Below are positions 37,157 through 49,220 of a stretch of DNA of 64,000 nucleotides, one piece after another; position 1 is the first letter of the stretch, and every line of letters begins with the position of its first letter. The position numbers and the translations under genes were made by a program. The DNA is from Octopus bimaculoides (taxonomy: Eukaryota). A model generated the notes under the pieces. It was not told where the DNA came from. It ran no database searches and worked only from the letters and a program-made list of their open reading frames with translations. The stretch lies in assembly GCF_001194135.2 (NCBI RefSeq), contig NC_068987.1:5385068-5449067 (forward strand). The letters are read 5' to 3'.

Positions 37157-37160
37157 GGCA
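36925..37160. repeat. Compound triplet tract: (GTA/GTG)n then (CAC/CAT)n
   Basis: Read directly. Confidence 0.95.
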
Positions 37161-38499
37161 GCAGCAACACAGTAGGAGTGGTCTTATTTTATATTTAGTA
37201 TTGAAACCGTGTCAAAAAGGATCCTCGGGGAGTTGTTGTTTTGTAATGGACGCTTTTAGTTTTCTTTTATATTTTAGTTTATATTTTTAGATTTATTTAT
37301 TTATTTATTCTTGCTAAGACTGGATTCTGAATTTATTTATTCATACTGCGTAAATATTCCGAATTCAATAGATACGTGACGATGTGTGTGTGTGTGTGTG
37401 TGTGTGAAAATGTCACTCGTCGGCGAATCGAATAGACATATTTCTATCAGTTTCGTCTCCCACTTGTACTAAATCCAATAAAATGCGCAGCGAGTTGGCG
37501 GAGTCAGTAGAGTGTCAAGGAGAATCCCTTGCGCTCTTTGTTTCAGCTCTTAACGTTCAGAGTTCATTTTTCGCCGAAATCAACCTCAATCTTTCGACTT
37601 TCTTTGGGTCGATAAATGGAGTACCAGTCAGTTACTGGGACCTTTATTTGTTGTTGTTGTTGTTGTCGTCGTCGTCGTTGTTGTTGTTCTTCTTTTTCTT
37701 GTCTCTCGATCGATTTCTGTCTGCCTGCCTGCCTGCCTGCATCTCCCACCTCTTTCTAAAAACTGGCTACGTTGCAGAACACAGGACTTGAACGGACCGG
37801 AGTAGGGTTCGGGAGCCCTGTTATAAGCTACCCAAGAAACTTTCTATACATGGTTGGCTAAATCTGTAGGTTGTATACCACCATCATCATCATCATTATC
37901 ATCATCATCATCGTCGTCGCCGCCGCCATCGTTTTTGCTATCGTCATCATCATCATCGTCATCATCATTACTTGTCACTTACCTGTCTTATCTGTGATGA
38001 ACGTAACCAATTAATCCTTCTGGTTACATCTATCTGTCAATTAGGATGGAAAAATAAACTTGACTTATGATAATCTAATCTCTCACAAAGAAGACGGTGG
38101 AAGAGTAGAGTGAAACAGTTACAGCTACAAAGAACCGAAGCTAAGGTTGTCGACTCGTTTCACAGAAAGCGAACGTTATTAACAGTATTTAATGTTATTC
38201 TGTTCATTTTACTAAAATTAGTCGTCCTCGTGACATTACATATAAAGTATTGGAGAAAAAGAGTCATAAGGTAATAGTTGGATAAAAAGGCTGTAATTTC
38301 TTCAAGAAAGTGCAGCAAAAATTATTAATTATATAAAAAAAAAGCAACCCAGAATGACACAAATCTTTTGAAAAGAAATATCCGTATTGTGTAAGCGCTT
38401 TCGCTGTTAACAGCTTTTCAAACACACGTCATGAGTTAATCTGTATAAAAGGAGTTTTTTTTTTTTAGTAGCTGTGTTTACTATTTACTGTTTTGTTTC

Positions 38500-38830
38500 G
38501 GATTCAGAAATATAATAAAGTATTCATCTTTTAGCCTTTCGTAGTTGAAAATTTTCATCTTTATTTTGAAAATAAAAAGGAAATATTCGAACTTTTCCAT
38601 TTGCACAAATGTCTAAATGCTCCTTACATGGAACATTTCTAAGATGAATGTTTGATTTGTTGCTTATGTACCCTAACCCGATGTATTGATTTTGATCTGG
38701 CTTGGCCGATGTAATCCTCATTGCATTGAAGGCATGTGATGCAGTAAATGAGATCTTTTGTTTTGCATTTCATATTTACATTAACCTTGCGCATCCTAAC
38801 GGATAGCCAACTCTGCTCATGCATTATCTA
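38500..38830 (-). mobile_element. Penelope-like GIY-YIG endonuclease remnant
   Basis: CKTKDLIYCITCLQCNEDYIGQARSKSIHRVRVHKQQI, then after a frameshift HLDICANGKVRIFPFY. Confidence 0.85.
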
Positions 38831-40083
38831 ACTGTTAACTGGTGGAGTTATGTTTTCAGTAATTTTAATATCTTGCTCACTGATACCACTCAGTTCTGAT
38901 GATTATGTACTGTTGAACTGTTGACTCTTTGGTTGTCAGCGCTACACCGTTTCGTCTCAAATCACTTCTACTATTTTAAATTTCCGAATCAAGCTGCTCT
39001 TCTTATCGGTCAGTCATCGATCAGTTCCAGTAGCATCTCAGATTTTAAATGAAAAGAGTTCACTGCCGGTACCTCGCTCATCTTTCTTTTCTTAAAAAAA
39101 GGGATGCTGTGTTTCCTTCACGACTCTTGTCACAGTGCAACATAGAATATCCCGAGAGGAAAAGAGAAAAAAAGGGATAGAGATAGCTAGATAGACAGAA
39201 AGATATATATATATATATATANNNNNNNNNNNNNNNNNNNNNNNNNNNNNNNNNNNNNNNNNNNNNNNNNNNNNNNNNNNNNNNNNNNNNNNNNNNNNNN
39301 NNNNNNNNNNNNNNNNNNNNNNNNNNNNNNNNNNNNNNNNNNNNNNNNNNNNNNNNNNNNNNNNNNNNNNNNNNNNNNNNNNNNNNNNNNNNNNNNNNNN
39401 NNNNNNNNNNNNNNNNNNNNNNNNNNNNNNNNNNNNNNNNNNNNNNNNNNNNNNNNNNNNNNNNNNNNNNNNNNNNNNNNNNNNNNNNNNNNNNNNNNNN
39501 NNNNNNNNNNNNNNNNNNNNNNNNNNNNNNNNNNNNNNNNNNNNNNNNNNNNNNNNNNNNNNNNNNNNNNNNNNNNNNNNNNNNNNNNNNNNNNNNNNNN
39601 NNNNNNNNNNNNNNNNNNNNNNNNNNNNNNNNNNNNNNNNNNNNNNNNNNNNNNNNNNNNNNNNNNNNNNNNNNNNNNNNNNNNNNNNNNNNNNNNNNNN
39701 NNNNNNNNNNNNNNNNNNNNNNNNNNNNNNNNNNNNNNNNNNNNNNNNNNNNNNNNNNNNNNNNNNNNNNNNNNNNNNNNNNNNNNNNNNNNNNNNNNNN
39801 NNNNNNNNNNNNNNNNNNNNNNNNNNNNNNNNNNNNNNNNNNNNNNNNNNNNNNNNNNNNNNNNNNNNNNNNNNNNNNNNNNNNNNNNNNNNNNNNNNNN
39901 NNNNNNNNNNNNNNNNNNNNNNNNNNNNNNNNNNNNNNNNNNNNNNNNNNNNNNNNNNNNNNNNNNNNNNNNNNNNNNNNNNNNNNNNNNNNNNNNNNNN
40001 NNNNNNNNNNNNNNNNNNNNNNNNNNNNNNNNNNNNNNNNNNNNNNNNNNNNNNNNNNNNNNNNNNNNNNNNNNNNNNNNNNN

Positions 40084-40255
40084 NGAGAGAGGGAGAAAGA
40101 GAAGGGAGAGAAAGAGAGAAGAGGGAGAGGGCAGGAGAGAGGGAGAGAAAGACTCGCTGAAATTTGTCAATTGAACACTATTGACGCACACACTTTCCTT
40201 TTCCTCATACACATAAAGAGAAATACGTTCACACTCATATACAGAAAGAGAAAGA

Positions 40256-40323
<68 letters not shown>

Positions 40324-40440
40324 AAGAAAGGGTAGAAGAGAAAGCCAGAAAGAGAGAGATAGAGTGAGCAAGAGAAAGAGAGAGAGAATGAGAGATAGAG
40401 AGAGCAAGAGAAAGAGAAAGAGAGAGAATGAGAGAGAAAA
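40084..40440. repeat. Polypurine (GA)n-rich tract
   Basis: Read directly; similar tracts at 43540-43676, 45780-45960 and 57205-57500. Confidence 0.95.
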
Positions 40441-41264
40441 ACATTAAAACAAGAAAAACATGAAAATGTCTGATGTCAAATAAGTCAGCGTCGAATCAGC
40501 GACGCCCAAACATCTCACAGCCCTTATTTTCCGACCCCTGAAAGATATAATGCAAACTCGACATCGACAGGATTTGATCGCTGGAATTTCAAATAACGCA
40601 AAAATATTGTATCCAACATTGCAACGTCTCTGCCACTTCTTTTCCGCCATTACAATTTGATTATCACATATTATTTACAGTTTCCTCTCTACATCGAAAT
40701 GAATTAAATGTTTAAGTGGTTCGATACCTTAAGGAGATGAAACAATTATATACAAATAAAAACATCAGAGAAAAACATACACGCAAAAAAAGAACAACAA
40801 CGGGAAACCAGATTGAATACTATAATAATAATAATAATAATCGAATTTTCTTTCGAGGGTTTGCAAAGTTTATATGAATAACGAAATATAGTAGTTCCCA
40901 GAAGGTTTTTTTGTTCTTCATAGGATTATTATTATTATTATTGTTATTGTTATTATTATTATTATTATTAATTTCATTATTATCATTGTTAAAATGTCGC
41001 TTCTAAGCATCATTATTTCTCCGTATCTATCTTATTACGTCAGAGGAAGCAAATGAAAGAAGTATATCTGTTCTATATATATATAGAGAGAGATAGATAG
41101 ATAGATATGTCTATGGCATCTATATTTAATCTAACTGAGTTACGGAGATATTACGAATGATTATACTTTAAAGCTTCTGATGTACACCCGAAAAATGTCT
41201 GTAAATCGTTACTGAAATTTATACATACATATTCTTCTCAAAATATATGCATTCTTATAAGAGC

Positions 41265-41307
<43 letters not shown>

Positions 41308-41311
41308 CAAC

Positions 41312-41576
41312 CGATAAAAAGAATACAGTGAACTTGCCTTGGTGAGTGGAAAATCCAACGTTTCGGACAGAATCCTTCTTCAGTGAAAATTGAAAGGGGA
41401 GAAATTTCTGGATGTGTTCCGTATCAGTTGCAGTATTTTTTTTTTAAACTTCGAGGATGTAAAAACTCTGCTGTGTCTCATTAGTTTCTCTCCTTTTAAC
41501 TGTTTCGCTGAAGATTTTTGTCCGAAACGTTGGCTTTTCCATCATCCGTAACAAGCTCACTGTACTCTTTTTATCG
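41312..41576. mobile_element. Inverted pair of Penelope-like termini
   Basis: About 90-bp arms, each with CTGAAGA...CCGAAACGTTGG. Confidence 0.75.
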
Positions 41577-42502
41577 ATCTTACCCTATAAGTCTTCACGA
41601 TGCAGACCAACACCAGTTTCTTTAGAGTTTGTTTGATCATATATATATGCATATATGACTGTATAAGTGTATATGTGTTTGTAAAATGCATACATGGGAG
41701 CTATAAAAAATGATTCAGTAATTATAATACAGCTCTACAAATAGGATATAACGCTGTCTCTAGTCCGATATATATACAATATACATTAATAATTCGCATA
41801 CAATTTATGAAATATTCAAATTTGGATTTCTTTTTTTTTGTTATCCATTCGTTCATTTCATTTCATTTTTATATAATTTCATTTTTTTTAATAAGAAATT
41901 AATTTTCTTTTATTATGTCATATCAGTTATTGGAGAAATTAGATCCTCGTGAAGTGAATTTGCAAAGATTTCGATCAGTTCTTTCGATAGAAAACCAAGT
42001 GAAAAAAAAAGAAGAAAAAAGCAGAACCAGAGAAGGTGGTGTGTTGTTTAAGATGTCAGCCTATTATTTACTTGTTCTAAGGAATAAAGTGACTACCGTA
42101 ATGAAGAATTGCCCTCGGAGCCTGCGTGATTAGCCAGGCAACAATATTTGAATTCGTCTTGGTCTCCATCTGATATCGCTGCTTTGATATCTTGCTCGTT
42201 CACACACGTTAGTCACGGAAATGAACGAACAAGATGGCTTACTATGTGTTTGTTCTTACTATCTTTATTTTTTCTTTATCTTTTATTTATTGACGTCATT
42301 GGAATGCGGCCATGCTGGGGTACCGCCCTGAAGAGTTTTGTCGAACACATTGACTCCCAGTACTTATTTTCAAAGCCTGGTTTTTACTTTATCGGTTTCT
42401 TTGCTGAACCGCTATGTTACGGGGACGTAAACAAACCAGCATCAGTTGTCAAGCAGTGGAGAAAACAAGACACAAACACCACTCACTCACTCACTCACTC
42501 AT

Positions 42503-42588
<86 letters not shown>

Positions 42589-43088
42589 TGGGCTTCCAAA
42601 CAGTTTCCGTCTACCAGATTCACTCCCAAGGAATCTGTCGTCCTGGGGCTATAGCAGAAGACGCCCAAGTTGCCGCGTAGTGGAACCGAACCCAAAGCTA
42701 CGTGGTCGCAAAGCGAGCTTCTCCACTCCACTGCCATGCCTGTGCCTCTTACTATAGAATAAGATAATTAGTACATCTAGTAATTACACATTAAGATAGT
42801 TGCTAGTCAGGCAATCAATGCCATTGGCTTCTACATGATACACATCAATTCTGACGTCTCTGCTGAAATTTCCCGTCCACTCACAAACAAAATGATTGTG
42901 CATATGTATGTGTGTTTGTCTACATATGTGAATGCTTGTATGCGTTTGTATGTGTGTGTATGCCAGCTACTGCTGCTCTTGGTCGTTATATGATACAAAT
43001 TTCGCCACCTACATATGCTCATTGCTTCAATTTGAAATCCTGGACGATATTCATGACGGCCAAACATTCGCGGCTGATAAAGAACGGC

Positions 43089-43162
43089 GTGAACAGACGA
43101 CAGATGTGAACAGACGACAGTTGTGAACAGACGACAGTTGTGAACAGACGACAGTTGTGAAC
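43089..43162. repeat. 17-bp minisatellite GTGAACAGACGACAGTT x4.3
   Basis: Read directly; one mismatch in the first unit. Confidence 0.95.
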
Positions 43163-43632
43163 GAAATTCATGTCGATTGACGACGAATTATGTCTGCAGC
43201 TGCCTGTTCGCATCTCATTGCATTGCATCAGCTTCTAACGCAAGATTGTCTATTCCGTACAATTTGTCATCCATCTTTTATCGACCTCACCATCCTCCTT
43301 TTTCTCATTGTCGCTCCCAGATGGAGCAATGTTTGGTGCCACCGCAGCTACCATCATCATAATCATAACCAACAGCAGACAGTATAACCATCAGATATCA
43401 TTATTATTACGGTAGCTTCCGTCATCAGCATCCCCGCCATCTTGTGTACCGTCAGCGACATAACGAACGCGATGATGGCTGCTAATCGCTATGACGATCG
43501 CCAGCATTAACTCTCTTACACTTCTGAGGTTGTAACAAATACTTTTCACTCCTTCTTTTCTCACTCACTCCTCTCCCTCTCTCCCTCTCTTTTCCTTCTT
43601 TATTTCTCTTCTCCCTTTCACACACACACACA

Positions 43633-43676
<44 letters not shown>

Positions 43677-43963
43677 NNNNNNNNNNNNNNNNNNNNNNNN
43701 NNNNNNNNNNNNNNNNNNNNNNNNNNNNNNNNNNNNNNNNNNNNNNNNNNNNNNNNNNNNNNNNNNNNNNNNNNNNNNNNNNNNNNNNNNNNNNNNNNNN
43801 NNNNNNNNNNNNNNNNNNNNNNNNNNNNNNNNNNNNNNNNNNNNNNNNNNNNNNNNNNNNNGCCATCTTTGTTGTCGTTGTTATTACTATTGACGTGACA
43901 ATTGTCATTGTTGCATTGTCATAGATAAAACCGGAAACAGTATTTCATCAGCAGTATCATAAC

Positions 43964-44002
<39 letters not shown>

Positions 44003-44043
44003 TAGCACAATTATCATCAGAAACATCAATATGAACATAATTA

Positions 44044-44081
<38 letters not shown>

Positions 44082-44409
44082 TAATAATTCTTATTACTAC
44101 TGTTACACCCTTCCTTCTCATTTATTCTCAACATCGCCGTTATCGTCGCCGTCGCCGCCATTTTCTTCAACCGCTTCTTCTCCCCACACCTTCCTCCTCT
44201 GTATCATCATCGTTTCTATTTCTTATATTAATTTACTTCTATTACGTACATAAACCGTGTAATTACTTAGAGTTATTTTTCTGGTTGTTATTACAGAGGA
44301 TTATATTCATTGACTTGTTGATTTATTTGTTTGTTTCTCCTTTTTTTTTTTAAAATTATTCACGTATTTCTCTCCATTTTCTTTTTTTTTTGTTAATGCA
44401 AAGGAATTA

Positions 44410-45305
44410 CTAAGAGACGAATGGTCTGATCTTTGTGCTGCGTAACTGCTTTCGTCTTGTGATTAATTCAATCAAGACGAACGAAGCAATCACCACACAA
44501 ACGGCAAATAAGGCAACAGAAAGGGAGACAATCACCGCCACTATATTGCTACTGAGAGATGTGTCGGCAATATGGTGGGCGTCTTTACTTCCTTTCACCG
44601 AGAACCGTGACGACATCTTAAAGGTGTCTTCATTTTTAACCAACACCGACTGCGACGACAACAGCGGGCCCGATTCGTCGGAAACCGACAAAAGGGTTTC
44701 GTTACCGCCGTTTAACATCTGTTCGTTACAGTTCGACTGCTCACTGCTACCATTTTCTGATGCATTGCGAGACGTGTTTAATTGACACTGCTTATTCAGG
44801 GTTGTCAAACGCATTCCCAGCACACTAAAACTACTTCGGTCGGCGTCGTAAAGCATTCCATAAGAAGTATTGATTTTAATATCTAAGATCGAATGGTACG
44901 TGCCTTGAAGATTCCCAACTCGTGTAACCGTTACGTTCTCCTGAGTTAGCTTGTAGACGTGAGTAGCTGTTTCGTTGGTGTAATAATCAAGTAAAACTTG
45001 TGACGATGGTTCATCTCCGAGTGTTGACGGACTGACAGCAACCAACGAACTGGCGTTGTGTTGGCTTTTCAGGGAAAAAGCCTGGTAACCTATGTACTGT
45101 TCCAACGGTGGCAAGATGAAGTCGTTCTTGTACATAGTCTGTTGGTCATACGAACTTACATTCGTGATATACATCACTTGGATCGGTTTAACCGATTTTA
45201 ACATGATATAGCATTCATTTAGAAAGTCCAATTGAAGCGCATCTGAGTCTTTGACCATATATGATGCCACTGTGGTTTCCAGGGTAACCGTCACGTTAGT
45301 TTCAC
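44410..45305 (-). CDS. IgGFc-binding-domain membrane protein, terminal exon (end of domain, Ser/Thr-rich stalk, TM helix, short tail)
   Basis: TTTTTGCAG acceptor, phase 1; KSVKPIQVMY...ILPPLEQY motif; TM IVAVIVSLSVALFAVCVVIASFVLIELI followed by RRK; 896 nt, intact. Confidence 0.9.
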
Positions 45306-45727
45306 CTGCAAAAATAAAACAAAGTTTGTAAATACATAAATAAAATTAGGTAGATAAGGGCTTTTCACTTTTACAAGTTTACTTTAGGTAGCGTATTTAC
45401 TCGTGTATAAGGCGTATTCGCGTATAATTTGCACTCCAGTTTTTTCACTTAAAATTAAGCATAAAATAGTGCGACTTATACACGAATAAATACTACACAC
45501 ACACACACACACACATATGTGTTTAACGTTTTCTTGATGTCCTGTACCCATATATGCATGTATATATACATATAGATGTAGGTATAAACATATATGTATG
45601 GATATATGCATATGTTTATATATCATTTATATTATGTTTGAGTGTGTGTGTGCATGTGTGTATGTGTGTGTGTGTGAGTATACAAGTATGTATATATGCA
45701 CATACATATATATGCATAATGTATATT

Positions 45728-45792
<65 letters not shown>

Positions 45793-45853
45793 CTTTCTCT
45801 CTTAGTAAGCAAAAGAGAAAGAGAGAGTGTAAGCAAGAAAGAGACAGAGTGAA

Positions 45854-45921
<68 letters not shown>

Positions 45922-46371
45922 AAAGAGAGACAGAGAGGAAGATATTGAAAGAGAGGGAGCGAAGAGATATAAATGAGACCGCTGGATGAATAAAACTCAT
46001 TAATCAACAAATTGAATGAATGCCAGACGACAAATTTTTGCCTTCCCCAGTTGTTGACAGTATTTGCTGACCATTGAGAATATACTTCAACAGTTTCCCA
46101 TCGTCACGTGGCTTACCGCATAACATTATTAGCCAATCACAGGTCAGGATATCTTAATGATTTATTTACGACACTCTTTTACGATATTAGCTGCCGCATT
46201 GTTTTATGGCAATCATCTATATTTGATACTGATAACAAATGTATGTATGTATGCATGTATGTATGTATGTATGTATGTATGTATGTATGTATGTATGTAT
46301 GTATGTATGTATGTATGTGTGTATGTATGTATGTGTGTGTGTGCGTGCATGTATATGTGTGTGTGTGCCTG

Positions 46372-46434
<63 letters not shown>

Positions 46435-46574
46435 GCCTGTCTATCTATCTGTCTGTCTGTCTCTTTTGTTTTACTAACTGGATTGCGGCCATGTTGGGGC
46501 TCCGCCTTAGCCGTACAAATTAATCCCAGTAGTTATTTTTCTTTTAAAATCTGGTACTTTTTCTATCGGTCGTC

Positions 46575-46649
<75 letters not shown>

Positions 46650-46652
46650 TTA

Positions 46653-46836
46653 GTGTCCTTTGTCTAAGCTATTTCGTCACGCATCTTGTGACCTCTTCAG
46701 CCACTCTTTATTCCACGTGTCTTCTCTTTTTCTTTTTAGTTCATAGTATCTTTACAGACCAAGAGGAGACATGTAGGATAAAGAGTCGTTGAAAAGGTCA
46801 CAGAATGTGTGACGAAAGAGCTTAGACAAAGGACAC
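46653..46836. repeat. 184-bp foldback element
   Basis: GTGTCCTTTGTCTAAGCT...GTGACC mirrored by GGTCAC...AGCTTAGACAAAGGACAC. Confidence 0.9.
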
Positions 46837-48228
46837 GAAATCAAGAACAGTAACAAAGCTGTAGTGAAGTCCAAGTATATATTGTGCGTGTGGTTATTTG
46901 GTACAAATATGACCATCCTCAATTATAACAGAAATGCTCGAAATGAGGAGTAGATAGACAGCCGACAACAGATGAAGGGTCCTTTCTCTGTGTTTACTTG
47001 TCCTGTTTTCCATTTTTCTCACGTTGCTTATGTATTTCATGTTATTTGCACCCTTGGTAACGTCCTGTACCCATATATGCATGCATACATATATTATATA
47101 TTATCTATTACATATATATACACACACACAGATCTCTCTGTGTGTGTGTGTGTGTGTATGTTTGTGTGTTTGTGTGTTTGTGTGTGTGCGTGTGTGTGTC
47201 CCACTGCTTGACAATCGGTGTTGGTCTGATTACGTCTCCTCCGTAACTGAGCGGTTCGGCAACAGAGACCGATAGTATAAGTCCCAGACATTATAAAAAG
47301 AAAATATGCACTGGAGCCATATTCTTCAACTAGTCTTTCCTCTTTTTCTTCAGGCATGCAAGGTGTGAATTGAGGGACACTTGACTGCTGTTTCTAGCAG
47401 TACAAAAGAGCAGAAAGGAAAAGCAAATGAAAAACAAAACAAAAACAAACACCCCTTCCCCCACCCAAAAAAAAGAAAAACGTGGAAAGGTTCTCTCTTT
47501 GGCACGTTTGTAGGATGGTGATGTGCCATATCAGTTTCGAAACAACTGATTCGAGAATGAACGAAAAATATATCGAACAAATTCCATGTGCGATATTATC
47601 GATTGGTTTTTAACCAAATTTCGCTTCGTTAACAAACCAAATTGAGGTTAATCAAATTTTGAGCAATTAAATGTATTCAATTATCAACCTTCATCTGCTC
47701 TTGTTGACGATAGCTAATTACAACCAGCGCAGCAGAATGTCTAAATAATGGACGTCGCAGTTCGTTACAAATCAGAGATTTTGGCTCACAGTGACACCAA
47801 ATCCGTAAAACCATTTATTTTCCTTTAATGAAATAATTAAAGAGACGTCTCTATACGATTATTTCGGTCCGATATTATTCGTCTGTCAAATTTGAAGAAT
47901 TTTCATTGAAATTATAAACATGCCGGGCGCTGGTGTGGCTGTGTGGTAAGAAGTTTGTTTCCCAACCGCATGGTTCCGGTTTTTGTTCCTCTTCTAAGCA
48001 GAAGATACTTAGGCAAGTATCTTCTGCTATAGCCTCGACAGGACCAAAGTCTTGAGAGTAGATTTGGTAGACAGAAACTGAAAGAAGCTCATCGTACACA
48101 GACACACACACACACATTTATGTGTGGGTGTCATTTTGTCTGTATTTGTCTCCCACCACCGCTTGACAACCGGCGTTGGTGTGTTTACATCTCCATAATT
48201 GTGTCCACGCAACAAAATAGAAAACTGA

Positions 48229-48631
48229 GGATCCCCAATAGTATTTTAAGGGACCATGAAAAATTCTGCTTTAGATGTATCTATTGCGAGAAACTTCTAG
48301 ATTTCTTTCCCTAACAGTTTATATTAACAAGTTAATGTGTGAAAAACAAAACAGGAGAGTTCAGATTCCGCCGAGGTCGACTTTGCCTTTCATCGTTTTG
48401 GGGTCGATAAATTAAGCACCAGTTGCGTACTGGGGTCGATCTAATCGACTGGCCCCACCTCCACCAAAATTTCGAGCCTTGTGCCTAGAGTAGAAAAGAA
48501 AAACAAAACAGGAATTCTGAAAGAAGTTTCTATAAAACTAGTTTTTACACATCAAATGTTTATGGGGGTCCACCAGAATAAAATAGTAGTGAATGGGGTC
48601 CATAGATTATAATAATGGTTGAGAACCACTG
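48229..48631. mobile_element. Truncated hAT MITE with a nested family C SINE
   Basis: Right TIR GGTTGAGAACCACTG followed by CTTTAAAG; body similar to 1879-2174. Confidence 0.65.
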
Positions 48632-48994
48632 CTTTAAAGCAATAACCTCGTCAAAGAGAGGAATGGTTAAAATCATCGGATTTTATTTTATTCTTTTACT
48701 GGTTTCACTCATTTGGTTGCAGCCATGCTGGAGTAACGCCTTTAGTCGAACGAATCGACTCCAAGACTTATTCTTTGTAAGTCTAGTACTTATTCTATCG
48801 GTCTCTTTTACCTAACCGCTAAGTTACGAGGACGTAAACACACCAACATCGGTTGTCAAGCGATGGTGGGGCGGGTGACAAACACAGGCACACAAACACA
48901 CATATATATACGATGGGTTTCTTTCAGTATCCGTCTACCCAATCCACATTCACACATACACACGCACGCGCACCTCGTTTTGGGATCACCACTA

Positions 48995-49220
48995 CTTTAT
49001 TATCTCCCCTTCTTCCTAGCTCTCCTATGTAACCCCTCTGTTCGGCATTCGCCATGATAGATCGCTAGCTACTAAACCTTTTTCTATTTTCTCTCCCTGT
49101 TTATTTCTGTTGAAGAGCGTAGGCTCGAAACGTAAAAGACTTTCTCACTTCCCGAGCGTTAAACTAATACATCCATTTGTTGTTTACACATCCGTCTTCG
49201 TCTTTTGCTTTTTTGTAAAT
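48995..49220 (+). mobile_element. Penelope-like terminal repeat inserted in a family A/B SINE
   Basis: TTGAAGAGCGTAGGCTCGAAACGTAAAAGAC; homologous to 24505-24600; SINE sequence resumes at CTATAGTAGAAGAC. Confidence 0.6.
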
